From an uncultured Flavobacteriales bacterium (lineage in GTDB: Bacteria; Bacteroidota; Bacteroidia; Flavobacteriales; UBA7312): a stretch of 64,000 bases of DNA. Location: positions 33,485-97,484 of the forward strand of contig CAJWWC010000002.1 of assembly GCA_913048435.1 (NCBI GenBank). Reading direction: 5' to 3'. The notes beneath the pieces were generated by a model that was given only the letters and a program-made list of their open reading frames with translations, did no database searches and was not told the origin of the DNA. The position numbers and the translations under genes are program-made. Below are positions 19,691-30,373 of this stretch, piece after piece (the stretch's first letter is position 1; every line of letters starts with the position of its first letter).

Positions 19691-21463
19691 TTACATTCTA
19701 TCGGGAACATTTACCCCTAATAATTTCATACCTGTTTTACTTACTCGAGCTACCATTTGGCAGAGTGCTATTCTAAATGCAACTTGGTTTTTATCTTCGC
19801 CAATCAAGATAGGAACATTCTGATAAAAACCATTAAACCCTTTAACCAAATCATATACATAGTTGGCTATTAATGCTGGACTGTATGATTTGGCAGCCTC
19901 TTGAATGATAGTTGGAAAATCGTTTATCTGCTTTAAAAGAGTTCTTTCTTTCTCCGTTAGTTCTAGCCCCTCTAGAGCATAGTCAACTTCTTTGTTGTAC
20001 TTTTTAACCATAGTTTGAATACGAGCGTGAGTGTATTGAATAAAAGGCCCCGTATTGCCGTTAAAATCAATAGACTCTTTGGGATTAAATAACATGCGTT
20101 TTTTAGGGTCTACCTTTAGCATAAAATATTTCAATGCTCCAATACCAATATTCTCATAAAGCAATTCAGACTCTGAATCGCCCATACCATCAAATTTTCC
20201 TAAATCTTGAGCAATACCTTTGGCAGAATCTACCATTTCTTGCATCAAGTCATCGGCATCAACAACAGTACCTTCTCTGGATTTCATTTTACCAGAAGGT
20301 AAATCTACCATGCCATAGGATAAGTGGTAACAGTTTTTGGCCCAGTCGTAACCTAATTTATCAAGGATTAAGAATAAAACCTTGAAATGGTAGTCTTGTT
20401 CGTTACCTACCGTATATGCCATGTGTGAAAAATCAAAATCTTGATGTCTCTGTATAGCAGTGCCAATATCTTGTGTCATATATACAGCTGTTCCATCAGA
20501 ACGTAATAAAATCTTCTCGTCAAGACCATCTTCTGTTAAATCTATCCAAACTGAACCGTCGTCTTTGTTGAAGAATGTACCCTTGTCTAAGCCTTCTTGT
20601 ATAACAGCTTTTCCAAGAATATAAGTGTCGCTTTCGTAATAATTCTTATCAAAGTTAACACCCATTCTATCATAGGTCGAAGCAAAACCATCGTAAACCC
20701 AATTATTCATTTTCTCCCATAGTGCTATTACCTCGGCATCTTTGGCCTCCCATTGACGCAACAACTCTTGAGCTTTTTTGAATAATGGTGCTTGTTTTTC
20801 AGCATCTTCTTTAGACATACCACTTTCCACTAATTCAGCTTGTTCTGCTCTATAATACTTATCAAAAATGACATAGTATTTTCCAACGAAATGATCTCCT
20901 TTTATCTGAGTAGACTCAGGAGTTTCACCATTTCCATACTCCAACCAAGCAACCATAGATTTACAGATATGAATCCCTCTATCGTTAATGATTTGTACCT
21001 GTTTTACTTTTTTTCCCGCTGCTTGTAATATATTGGAAACAGATGCACCTAAAAGAATATTTCTGATATGCCCCAAATGAAGGGGTTTGTTAGTGTTTGG
21101 AGATGAAAATTCTACCAAATGTATTTGTGAATCGTCTGAATGTTCAACACAACCAAAGTTCTCTGAATCAAAAGCAATTTGAAATTGCTTGAGCCAATAG
21201 GAGTTGTCAATACTTAAATTTAGAAAGCCTTTAACGACATTATAGTCCGAAACGAGTGCTTCATTTTCTTTCAGATACTGACCAATATCATCAGCTGTTT
21301 GCTCTGGGCTTTTCTTTGAAACTCTTGTTAGTGGAAAAACCACTAATGTCACATCTCCTTCAAATTCCTTTCTTGTTTTTTGAAACTGAAGGTTGGTCTT
21401 ATCAGCTTGATAAAGTGACTGTAAGGCTAACTCTATAACTTTATGTAATTCTTGCTCTATCAT
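19691..21463 (-). CDS. argS: Arginine--tRNA ligase
   Basis: Class I HIGH motif (SSPNTNKPLHLGHIRN), an MSKS-like SGKMKSREG, and the typical C-terminal anticodon-binding DALR region ending ...VNVPDRM. Confidence 0.95.
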   Translation of the reverse strand: MIEQELHKVIELALQSLYQADKTNLQFQKTRKEFEGDVTLVVFPLTRVSKKSPEQTADDIGQYLKENEALVSDYNVVKGFLNLSIDNSYWLKQFQIAFDSENFGCVEHSDDSQIHLVEFSSPNTNKPLHLGHIRNILLGASVSNILQAAGKKVKQVQIINDRGIHICKSMVAWLEYGNGETPESTQIKGDHFVGKYYVIFDKYYRAEQAELVESGMSKEDAEKQAPLFKKAQELLRQWEAKDAEVIALWEKMNNWVYDGFASTYDRMGVNFDKNYYESDTYILGKAVIQEGLDKGTFFNKDDGSVWIDLTEDGLDEKILLRSDGTAVYMTQDIGTAIQRHQDFDFSHMAYTVGNEQDYHFKVLFLILDKLGYDWAKNCYHLSYGMVDLPSGKMKSREGTVVDADDLMQEMVDSAKGIAQDLGKFDGMGDSESELLYENIGIGALKYFMLKVDPKKRMLFNPKESIDFNGNTGPFIQYTHARIQTMVKKYNKEVDYALEGLELTEKERTLLKQINDFPTIIQEAAKSYSPALIANYVYDLVKGFNGFYQNVPILIGEDKNQVAFRIALCQMVARVSKTGMKLLGVNVPDRM

Positions 21464-22395
21464 TTAGATTTAGGTAAAAATATTTCTGCCATCATACATC
21501 TTGCACTACCACCACCACAAGCCTCTATGGTGTCCAATGAGCTGTTTATGATTGGACAATGCTTTTCAATCTGACTAATCTGTTCTGGGCTTAAACTTTT
21601 GTAGGCAGAATCTGACATTACCAAATAAGGCCTATCTCCCAAAACCTGTAACATATTACCAGCAAAATGTTGTTTTTGTTCTTCTGATATTTCTATGATT
21701 TCCTTATCGGTTTCTTCTAACACTTCTATAACATGAGTACGCTCCTCTAATTCATCAATAGTATCTAAACAAACTACTGCAAAATTATCTGCTACACACA
21801 TCATTACGTTAGTGTGATATATCGCTAATCGTTCGCCATTGACATCTTGATTGGCTGTAAAACAAACGGGCTTGTAACCAAAAACATCGCAAAACTGAAT
21901 CACTGCTTGTTCGTCTGTTCGTTCAGAGATGGCAGCATAACAATATTTATTTTCTCTATCTAATATCATACTACCTGTTCCCTCTAAATACCTATTGTAT
22001 TCTTCAAATTCGGTAAAGTCGTGTATCTGCTCGATATGAAATCCATAATCATCAACCAAGATATCAAAAATATCTTCTCTACGTTCTGTACGTCTATTTT
22101 CAGCACACATAGGATACAATCCTATACCCCCATCTCTATGAAAAGACACCCAATTATTAGGGAAAATAGAGTCTGGTGTGTCAGGCTCTTTAGTATCAGG
22201 AACTACAATTACATTCACATCTTTGGATCGTAATTTATCTACAAAGGCATTGAACTCTAAAAGAGCTTTTTCCTGAGTGGCTTGAGGTGACAAACCGTCT
22301 AATACTTTTTGATAGTAATTATTAACAGCAGTTTGATCGTTAAAGCGAAAACTTACTGGCTGAATCATTAGTATGTGCTGTGTTATTTGACTCAT
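21460..22395 (-). CDS. ctlX: Amidinotransferase-fold (guanidino-group modifying) enzyme, CtlX-like citrulline utilisation hydrolase
   Basis: ILMIQPVSFRFNDQTAVNNYYQ N-terminus and C-terminal catalytic GGGSARCMMAEIFL. ATGA overlaps on both sides. Confidence 0.65.
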   Translation of the reverse strand: MSQITQHILMIQPVSFRFNDQTAVNNYYQKVLDGLSPQATQEKALLEFNAFVDKLRSKDVNVIVVPDTKEPDTPDSIFPNNWVSFHRDGGIGLYPMCAENRRTERREDIFDILVDDYGFHIEQIHDFTEFEEYNRYLEGTGSMILDRENKYCYAAISERTDEQAVIQFCDVFGYKPVCFTANQDVNGERLAIYHTNVMMCVADNFAVVCLDTIDELEERTHVIEVLEETDKEIIEISEEQKQHFAGNMLQVLGDRPYLVMSDSAYKSLSPEQISQIEKHCPIINSSLDTIEACGGGSARCMMAEIFLPKSK

Positions 22396-23309
22396 TTTCT
22401 TCTCAATGGTAGTGTTGAACAGCGCAAAAGCCCCTCCATCTTTGCAATTTCAGCATAGGGTACTTCTTCTACAGTAATTCCTTTATTTCTTAATTCTTTG
22501 TTTAATCTTTCAAAACCTTTTTCTGATATCACAACTTGAGGTGAGATAGAAAATATATTAGAATTCATTTGATACATTTCATCTCTACTAATAAATATGA
22601 TATTGTCTTCTCCAAAATGACTAATTAAAAAATCAATATCTGATTGATTTTTGAAACCCTCTTTGTACATAATAGCATAGTGTTGTCCGACAGACTGAAA
22701 ACAACAATCCAAATGCAAAGCATTATCTTTTGGGTTGTCATCTGATTTTTTAAGTTCAAAACCTTTTACTTTTTTATGCGGAAAGGAATGCTGTAAAAAA
22801 TCAACTGCGCTTCTGTTAGTTCTTGCCACTTGATACTTATGAAAATCCAATTCCTCTGAGTAACCCACAAATATAAAGTCGTCACACAACATTACATCGC
22901 CACCTTCTACTCTTGCATCATTAGGCATTGGGATGATGTTTTCAGAACTTAAATTTTCTATTAATGTGTCTAATGCTGAAGCTTCTTCTTTCCTATCTTC
23001 AATGATATTAGGCACAATAAATTTGTTATCAATAACAAAAGCTATATCTCTTGAAAAAATTTGATTTAAACCCTCAATATTCCTTGGTCTAAAAATCTCT
23101 ACGCCATACTTTAAAAGAACCGATTTGACCGCATTCATCTCGTTAATAACATTTTGCTGTGTAGGAAAAGTGCCTTTCAAAACGTGTTCTCTAGACTTTG
23201 GATCATAGCAATCTTCGAGTTTAGGTGTGCCACCAAAACTATCTGGCAAACCTAGAACTACAGCCTCTAACGGATTAGTTTCATTGTGTAAATTTAATGC
23301 TATCATCAT
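22392..23309 (-). CDS. Amidinotransferase / dimethylarginine dimethylaminohydrolase-family protein
   Basis: 305 aa. FSRDIAFVIDNKFIV, EGGDVMLCDDFIFVGYS, HLDCCF and C-terminal GLLRCSTLPLRR (Cys nucleophile) fit the superfamily. A TAAATTTG -7-type box (23331..23324, minus) lies upstream. Confidence 0.6.
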   Translation of the reverse strand: MMIALNLHNETNPLEAVVLGLPDSFGGTPKLEDCYDPKSREHVLKGTFPTQQNVINEMNAVKSVLLKYGVEIFRPRNIEGLNQIFSRDIAFVIDNKFIVPNIIEDRKEEASALDTLIENLSSENIIPMPNDARVEGGDVMLCDDFIFVGYSEELDFHKYQVARTNRSAVDFLQHSFPHKKVKGFELKKSDDNPKDNALHLDCCFQSVGQHYAIMYKEGFKNQSDIDFLISHFGEDNIIFISRDEMYQMNSNIFSISPQVVISEKGFERLNKELRNKGITVEEVPYAEIAKMEGLLRCSTLPLRRK

Positions 23310-23418
23310 TTTTCAATGAGTCGCAAATTTAACTATACTTTAGGGTTTAATAAAATCTTAAGGATGATATTATTTGCACCCATAAATTTGAATATATTTG
23401 AAATGTATTTAATCTAAA

Positions 23419-24198
23419 ATGAAAGATAAATTTCTAACATACCATTGCAAAAACAGAATTGGCTTCATCACTATGGTTCGAGCAGAAAAAAGAAATGCTC
23501 TAAATCCTCAGCTTGTTAAAGAATTAAAAAATTCTTTTGAAACTGCCGAAAAAGATGAAACATGTAAAGTGATTGTATTACAAGCACAGGGCCAAGCATT
23601 TTGCGCTGGTGCCGATTTGAAATACTTGCAATCCTTACAATCTTTTTCTCACCAAGAAAATGTTGCCGATTCATCAAGTCTAATGCAGTTGTTTAAACAA
23701 ATTTATACCTTGGAGAAGGTAGTCATCGCAAAAATACAAGGACACGCAATAGCAGGTGGTTGTGGCTTGGCTAGTGTTTGTGACTTATCCATTGCATCAG
23801 ATGATGCTAAATTAGGCTATTCTGAGGTCAAAATTGGATTTATCCCTGCTATAGTAAGTGTGTTTTTACTACGAAAAATTGGCGAAAGTAAAACTAAAGA
23901 ACTATTACTTACTGGAAAAACTATATCAGCTACAGAAGCTGTAAGTATTGGATTAATAAACCAAGTAGTTAATAAGGATGTTTTAGATGATACAGTACAT
24001 AATATAGCCGAAAAGTTATGTCATCAAGCCTCTATACAGTCTCTAGCAAGTACTAAGAAATTGATAGCAAATCTACAAAGTATGTCGCTAGAAGATGGTC
24101 TTGATTATGCCATAGAAGAAAATGCAAAAGCTAGAGTTAATGAAGACTGCAAAAAAGGTATTGACTCCTTTCTCAATAAAGAAAAAATAAATTGGTAG
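23419..24198 (+). CDS. Enoyl-CoA hydratase/isomerase (crotonase) family protein
   Basis: RAEKRNALN, FCAGADLKYL and GHAIAGGCGLASVCDLSIAS are crotonase-fold signatures. Confidence 0.85.
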   Translation: MKDKFLTYHCKNRIGFITMVRAEKRNALNPQLVKELKNSFETAEKDETCKVIVLQAQGQAFCAGADLKYLQSLQSFSHQENVADSSSLMQLFKQIYTLEKVVIAKIQGHAIAGGCGLASVCDLSIASDDAKLGYSEVKIGFIPAIVSVFLLRKIGESKTKELLLTGKTISATEAVSIGLINQVVNKDVLDDTVHNIAEKLCHQASIQSLASTKKLIANLQSMSLEDGLDYAIEENAKARVNEDCKKGIDSFLNKEKINW

Positions 24199-24210
24199 AA
24201 TTCCTATTGA

Positions 24211-26547
24211 ATGAAAAAGAAAAAGACAAAAGAAAACATCTTTAAACGCCTTGTACAAAAGTTTAAAATTGAAGATGATAGAACGAAAAAGATAATTGGC
24301 TTTTTACTTCTATTTTTTTCTATTTATATGTTTACAGTTTTTGTATCCTATATCATCAACGGTAATATTGACCAAGACAAAATAGGTAAGCTAACTGATG
24401 ATATTAGTAATTTTGGTGGAGTGTTTGGAAATACTTTGTCTCATTTATTTTTGCGTAATTACTTTGGCATTTCTTCTTTAATTATTCCTATTTTGTTTTT
24501 AAATTGCGGCTTATCACTAGTCTTTGACAAGACATTATTTTCTGTAAAAAAAGGCTTTTCACTTGGTATTCTAGCTATAGTTTGGATTTCTTTGTTCTTT
24601 GGCTTTTTCACATCTCATTCAATTTTAGGTGGAGTATTTGGTAATGAAATGAATGATTTTCTTGATTTAAGAATAGGAAAAATTGGAAACGGGTTTTTTA
24701 TTTTTCTATCCTTATTAACTTTCATCATCATACGATTTAATCCAAAATTTAAATTCAATAAAAATAGTAATGACAAGCAAGAATTGACAGAAAATAATGA
24801 AATAACTGATGAAGAATTAAGTTTTTCCGAAGAAGTAGATTTTCAGGAGGAAGTACAAGAACCCATTATCGAGCCGATTAGTCAGATAGTTAATCAGCAA
24901 ACAGAAGAAAAGAAAGAAGAAATTACTCCAGACATAAAACAAAAAGAAAGTAATGATTTAGGAATTGAAGTTCATATCAATGAAGAAGATACTTTGAGTC
25001 AAAAAGACATCAAAACAAAACTAGAAGAACTCAGTGATTATGACCCTAAGCTTGATCTTTCTAATTACAAAATACCTGCAGTAAATTTATTAAATGACTA
25101 TGGCTCTGGTAAAATAGAAATTGATAAAAGTGAATTAGAGGCCAACAAAAATAGAATTGTCGAAACACTAGCAAATTACAAAATAGGTATTTCATCTATT
25201 AGTGCAACTATTGGACCAACCATAACGCTTTATGAAATTGTTCCGGAAGCTGGAGTGCGAATCTCTAAAATCAAAAACTTAGAAGACGATATTGCACTTA
25301 GTTTATCGGCCTTAGGTATTCGTATAATTGCCCCTATCCCTGGTAAAGGAACTATTGGTATTGAAGTACCCAATCAAAAACCAGCGACAGTATCTATGAA
25401 AGCTGTAATATCATCAAATAAGTTTCAAAATTCTGAAATGGAATTACCTGTTGCTTTTGGTAAAACAATTTCAAACGAAACCTTTGTCGCTGACTTAGCC
25501 AAAATGCCTCACCTTTTAATGGCAGGTGCTACAGGTCAAGGTAAATCGGTTGGTTTGAACGCCATATTAGCATCATTACTTTACAAAAAACACCCTGCGC
25601 AAGTCAAATTTGTATTGGTAGATCCAAAGAAAGTGGAACTCACATTATTCAACAAAATAGAGAGACACTTCTTAGCCAAACTACCAGACTCCGAAGAGGC
25701 AATTATTACTGATACCAAGAAAGTAATTAATACCCTTAATTCCTTGTGTATTGAGATGGATCAACGCTATGATTTACTACAAAATGCTCAATGCAGAAAC
25801 ATTGTTGAATACAACAAGAAGTTTATTGCTAGAAAATTAAACCCTAATGACGGGCATAAATACTTACCATATATAGTCTTGGTTATTGACGAATTTGCCG
25901 ACCTTATTATGACAGCCGGTAAGGAAGTAGAAACACCAATTGCACGACTAGCTCAACTTGCTAGAGCTATTGGAATACATTTAATAGTAGCTACTCAACG
26001 CCCATCAGTAAATGTGATTACAGGAATTATTAAAGCTAATTTCCCTGCACGTGTAGCCTTTAGAGTAACATCAAAAATTGACTCTAGAACAATTCTAGAT
26101 GCTGGAGGTGCCGACCAATTGATTGGTCGTGGTGATATGCTTATTTCTCTAGGTAGTGACTTAATACGATTGCAATGTGCATTCATTGACACTCCAGAAG
26201 TAGAAAAAATCACCGATTTCATAGGCAACCAAAGAGCCTATCCCGAAGCCTTTTTACTACCTGAATACGTTGGAGATGCTGAGGGTGGCACTGGTGATGC
26301 TAACTTAGATGACAGAGATGTTATGTTTGAAGAAGCAGCTCGAGTTGTCGTACAACATCAGTCTGGTTCTACTTCACTCATACAACGTAAATTAAAACTA
26401 GGCTACAATAGAGCTGGAAGGATTATTGATCAACTAGAAACAGCTAGAATTGTAGGTCCTTTTGAAGGAAGTAAAGCTCGTCAAGTACTAATTCGTGATG
26501 AAATGGCGTTGGAAGAAGTATTAAAACAATTAAACAACTCTAATTAA
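24211..26547 (+). CDS. ftsK: DNA translocase FtsK/SpoIIIE
   Basis: N-terminal TM segments, an E/K-rich linker, MPHLLMAGATGQGKSVGLN Walker A, LVIDEFADL Walker B, and a C-terminal gamma domain (SGSTSLIQRKLKLGYNRAGRIIDQLE). Confidence 0.95.
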   Translation: MKKKKTKENIFKRLVQKFKIEDDRTKKIIGFLLLFFSIYMFTVFVSYIINGNIDQDKIGKLTDDISNFGGVFGNTLSHLFLRNYFGISSLIIPILFLNCGLSLVFDKTLFSVKKGFSLGILAIVWISLFFGFFTSHSILGGVFGNEMNDFLDLRIGKIGNGFFIFLSLLTFIIIRFNPKFKFNKNSNDKQELTENNEITDEELSFSEEVDFQEEVQEPIIEPISQIVNQQTEEKKEEITPDIKQKESNDLGIEVHINEEDTLSQKDIKTKLEELSDYDPKLDLSNYKIPAVNLLNDYGSGKIEIDKSELEANKNRIVETLANYKIGISSISATIGPTITLYEIVPEAGVRISKIKNLEDDIALSLSALGIRIIAPIPGKGTIGIEVPNQKPATVSMKAVISSNKFQNSEMELPVAFGKTISNETFVADLAKMPHLLMAGATGQGKSVGLNAILASLLYKKHPAQVKFVLVDPKKVELTLFNKIERHFLAKLPDSEEAIITDTKKVINTLNSLCIEMDQRYDLLQNAQCRNIVEYNKKFIARKLNPNDGHKYLPYIVLVIDEFADLIMTAGKEVETPIARLAQLARAIGIHLIVATQRPSVNVITGIIKANFPARVAFRVTSKIDSRTILDAGGADQLIGRGDMLISLGSDLIRLQCAFIDTPEVEKITDFIGNQRAYPEAFLLPEYVGDAEGGTGDANLDDRDVMFEEAARVVVQHQSGSTSLIQRKLKLGYNRAGRIIDQLETARIVGPFEGSKARQVLIRDEMALEEVLKQLNNSN

Positions 26548-26550
26548 ATT

Positions 26551-27168
26551 ATGAAAAAGCATTTTTTTATATTCTTTCTACTTCCTTGTATAGTTTTAGC
26601 ACAAGACCAAAAAGCAAAAAGTATTTTAGAACAACTAAGTGATAAGACCAAATCATACACTTCTATAGAAGCAAAATTTACTAACACTTTTTATAGCTCA
26701 GTAACAGATATTAATGAGTCACAAAGCGGCACATTATTCATAAAAAATGATTCGTATAGAATTGAGATGAAAGAACAAACTATAATTTGTGATGGAGAAA
26801 CAAATTGGATTTATCTTCCGGACGATAATGAAGTAAATATTACAGAAATAGAAAATGATGAAAACGTTTTAAATCCCTCTGAAATTTTTACCTTGTATGA
26901 GAACGGATACAAGTATAAATTTATAAATGAAGACAACAAAAAATATCACATTGATTTATTCCCTGAAGAAAGTGGTCCTTTTTCTAAAGTTGAATTATTC
27001 ATAAATAAATTTAACATGCAAATAAGTTCTTTTACTATAATTGATAAACAAGGCAGTCATTTTAAATACATTATTGATTCATTCATTACAAACCAAGAAA
27101 TTAATGATGATTTTTTCATGTTTAAAACATCAGACTACCCCAATGTAGAAGTTATTGACTTGAGGTAG
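26551..27168 (+). CDS. LolA-like outer-membrane lipoprotein carrier protein
   Basis: Signal peptide and about 200 aa. The LEQLSDKTKSYTSIEAKFT...GTLFIKNDSYRIEM pattern and the position directly after ftsK are typical of Bacteroidota lolA-like genes. Confidence 0.65.
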   Translation: MKKHFFIFFLLPCIVLAQDQKAKSILEQLSDKTKSYTSIEAKFTNTFYSSVTDINESQSGTLFIKNDSYRIEMKEQTIICDGETNWIYLPDDNEVNITEIENDENVLNPSEIFTLYENGYKYKFINEDNKKYHIDLFPEESGPFSKVELFINKFNMQISSFTIIDKQGSHFKYIIDSFITNQEINDDFFMFKTSDYPNVEVIDLR

Positions 27169-27415
27169 TCATTCTAATTTAGCTAAATCAAATTTCAGTT
27201 TGGTTTACTATACAAGTGATTTTCATACAAAAGACCAAAATAAAATCTTTCATAATTTAATTTACAGTTAAGCTATAACTTTTTTAATTTAATTCTTGTG
27301 TAGCATAAAAAAATAACCTTTTCTGTGTATGAATAACAGAGAATATTTGGAATAATATGGTTTTAAACAAAATTTTATTCTTAGTTATTGAAGTCTAATC
27401 TATATTTTTTAAAAT

Positions 27416-28798
27416 CTATTTTACTATTATTCTTTCAAAATTATTATAATTTATGATGTTGAATTTCAAATTTGAATTGAATGATGTATTTGGAAAAGTT
27501 TTAAAATCTAATAATTTGCTAAATTCATCAGACAGAAAATATAAACATTGTTGATAGGCTGAATAAGCATATTTCTGAGGGTAAGCAAAATATTTCTGGT
27601 AGTAATTTAAAAGAAATTCTAAATAAAATGTGGTGTCATCATTATTAAAAATTGATGGTAAATGTACATTTAAATTTACCAAATCATTATAATCTAAATT
27701 ATCAAATCTATTCCACGTATTCAGACCAAAGATTGTAAATAAAGTATCCTCCATACTTGCTAGAGTTGGTAATAATCTGCTTACAAATGAGCGATCATTT
27801 GATGGAATTAATATAAAATTTTCATCTTTTTTTAGTTTACTTTTAATAAAATTTCTATCAATTGATTGACTATTTTCAAAGGTATATATTGTGCATTTTC
27901 CTTTTTTATATTGAAAACTCAATTTCTTTTTGGCATATGAAATTAATGAATCTTCTTTTTGCTGTCCAATAATAATTAACTCCTCATAATTAAATGATTT
28001 TACTAGAAAATTGATCATAGCATCAATTTGTGCAATCGATATTGGAACAGTTTGATAAACATTCCTGTAATTATTTTTAACGCTCATGTAAGAAAGAGGA
28101 GAAATAAGCTTTTTATTTTTATCGAAGCCGTAAAAGCCTGCTAATTTTTCGAATTGTCTAATAAAGATAGGCCCAAAAATATATTCTCTATCATAAAGAA
28201 TATTGGATTCAAGTATATTAGTAAACACAGAATCGTTAGGAATATCCAAAACCATTAAATCAATTTCATAACCTAATTTATTTATACTATCAATAGCAAG
28301 TTGAAAACCGAAATAAAAATCTATTGCAACCTTAGACTTGGGGTATATAATATTTTTGTTATTGATTGCTAAAGAATCGTTAAAATCCAAATAAAAAGGC
28401 AGTAATAAAGCCACTTTGATTTTTGTAGTATCATGTTCATAGGATGGAAGATTTGAAATATGAAAATCTGAAATAATTTTGTTTTTTTTGGAAAGTGTAT
28501 CCGAAGAAACTGATTTTGTTGACTGAGATATTATATTACCATTTGATTTTACTATGTTATAATTTAAAGGAACTAATAATTTAAAGCCAACTTTTAAACC
28601 TTGAAGAACCGCTGGGTTAGAAATAACTAAATCATTTAACTCAGCATTATATTGTCTTGAAATTGAATACAACGTTTCTCTAGATTGAACAACATGTATA
28701 GCAAAAGGTTTATTATCAATAATGGTATCCTGCTGAGCCTCAGCAAAAAAAGTCGTAAAAACACTGAATAAAACTATACATATTGCCGAATTAGTCAT
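27416..28798 (-). CDS. Secreted LysM-domain protein with periplasmic-binding-protein-like C-terminal region
   Basis: LysM: HVVQSRETLYSISRQYNAELNDLVISNPAVLQGLKVGFKLLVP. This is followed by an alternating alpha/beta region (KVALLLPFYL...). Function unknown. Confidence 0.6.
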   Translation of the reverse strand: MTNSAICIVLFSVFTTFFAEAQQDTIIDNKPFAIHVVQSRETLYSISRQYNAELNDLVISNPAVLQGLKVGFKLLVPLNYNIVKSNGNIISQSTKSVSSDTLSKKNKIISDFHISNLPSYEHDTTKIKVALLLPFYLDFNDSLAINNKNIIYPKSKVAIDFYFGFQLAIDSINKLGYEIDLMVLDIPNDSVFTNILESNILYDREYIFGPIFIRQFEKLAGFYGFDKNKKLISPLSYMSVKNNYRNVYQTVPISIAQIDAMINFLVKSFNYEELIIIGQQKEDSLISYAKKKLSFQYKKGKCTIYTFENSQSIDRNFIKSKLKKDENFILIPSNDRSFVSRLLPTLASMEDTLFTIFGLNTWNRFDNLDYNDLVNLNVHLPSIFNNDDTTFYLEFLLNYYQKYFAYPQKYAYSAYQQCLYFLSDEFSKLLDFKTFPNTSFNSNLKFNIINYNNFERIIVK

Positions 28799-28827
28799 AA
28801 TAATTTAACTTTCAAAATCTCTTTTTA

Positions 28828-30363
28828 TTATTCCCATTCTATTGTAGCTGGTGGCTTAGAGCTGATATCGTATACAACTCTATTGATGCCTTTAACTTTA
28901 TTTATAATGTCGTTAGATACTTTAGCTAAAAACTCATAAGGTAAATGAACCCAATCGGCAGTCATTCCATCTGTGGATGCTACGGCTCTCAAAGCTACTG
29001 CATTTTCATAGGTTCTTTCATCACCCATTACTCCAACCGATTGTATAGGTAAGAATATAGCACCTGCTTGCCAAACCTTGTCGTAAAGGCCTGCTGAAAT
29101 CAGTGAGGATACAAAAATATGATCAACTTCTTGTAAAATTCTAACTTTCTCTTTAGTTACGTTTCCAAGAATACGAATAGCCATACCAGGACCAGGAAAA
29201 GGGTGTCTTTGTAATAGGGATTTATTAATTCCCATAGAGTGACCTATTCTTCTTACTTCATCTTTAAATAATGTGTTTAGGGGCTCAACTACTTTTAACT
29301 TCATAAAATTTGGAAGACCACCTACATTGTGATGAGATTTTATGGTAGCAGAAGGTCCTCCATTAGCAGATACAGATTCTATGACATCAGGATAAATAGT
29401 TCCTTGTGCCAACCATTTAACATTTTCAATTAATTGTGCCTCATCGTCAAAAATGTCTATGAATTTATTTCCAATAGCTTTTCGTTTTGCTTCAGGGTCA
29501 CTTAGGTCATCCAGAACTTTATAAAAACGTTCTTTAGAATCAACGCCTTTGACATTTAGACCCATGCCTTTGTATTGTTCCAATACATTTTCGAATTCAT
29601 TTTTACGAAGTAAACCGTTGTCAACAAATATGCAATATAAATTAGAGCCAATGGCCTTGTGTAATAGTACACCTGCAACAGTTGAATCCACTCCTCCAGA
29701 CAAACCTAAAACCACTTTATCGTCACCTAATTTGGCTTTCAACTCTTCAACAGTTCGTTGAACAAATGAGTCTGGAGTCCAGTCTTGAGCGCACTCACAA
29801 ATGTTTACTAAAAAATTTGAAAGCAACTGTTTTCCGTCTGTTGAATGATAGACTTCGGGATGAAATTGAATGGCAAATGTTTTTTCTTTATTTATTTGAT
29901 AACCAGCTACTTGAACTTCTTCTGTTGAAGTTATTATTTCAAATCCTTCAGGCAAGGTTGTAATGGTATCTCCATGACTCATCCATACTTGTGAACCTTC
30001 AGAAATACCTTTCAAAAGCGGATTAGATGAATTGACATAAGAAAGATTTGCTCTACCATATTCTCTAATTTTTGAGGGCAATACTTCTCCCCCGCTGATG
30101 TTAGCTAAATGTTGTGCACCATAACATACTCCAAGTAATGGAAGAACGCCTCTAATTCCTTTTAAATTTGGAATTGGTGCATACTCATCACGCACAGAAA
30201 AAGGACTTCCTGAAAGAATTACACCTTTAATATCATCAGTCAATTCAGGAATTTTGTTGTATGGATGTATTTCAGAATAGATGTTTAATTCTCTTACTCT
30301 TCTAGCGATTAGCTGAGTATATTGTGAACCAAAATCTAGAATAAGAATTTTTTCTTGTACCAT
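28828..30363 (-). CDS. guaA: GMP synthase (glutamine-hydrolysing)
   Basis: GATase domain ([14 protein letters not shown]), ATP-PPase SGGVDSTV, and the C-terminal ...[10 protein letters not shown]. Confidence 0.95.
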   Translation of the reverse strand: MVQEKILILDFGSQYTQLIARRVRELNIYSEIHPYNKIPELTDDIKGVILSGSPFSVRDEYAPIPNLKGIRGVLPLLGVCYGAQHLANISGGEVLPSKIREYGRANLSYVNSSNPLLKGISEGSQVWMSHGDTITTLPEGFEIITSTEEVQVAGYQINKEKTFAIQFHPEVYHSTDGKQLLSNFLVNICECAQDWTPDSFVQRTVEELKAKLGDDKVVLGLSGGVDSTVAGVLLHKAIGSNLYCIFVDNGLLRKNEFENVLEQYKGMGLNVKGVDSKERFYKVLDDLSDPEAKRKAIGNKFIDIFDDEAQLIENVKWLAQGTIYPDVIESVSANGGPSATIKSHHNVGGLPNFMKLKVVEPLNTLFKDEVRRIGHSMGINKSLLQRHPFPGPGMAIRILGNVTKEKVRILQEVDHIFVSSLISAGLYDKVWQAGAIFLPIQSVGVMGDERTYENAVALRAVASTDGMTADWVHLPYEFLAKVSNDIINKVKGINRVVYDISSKPPATIEWE

Positions 30364-30373
30364 TTATAAATTA

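Noticed and set aside
24780-25010. Apparent repetitive E/K/Q-rich stretch that might be a tandem repeat array
   Set aside because: It lies in the variable linker between the membrane and motor domains of FtsK. It is low-complexity coding sequence with no regular nucleotide period.
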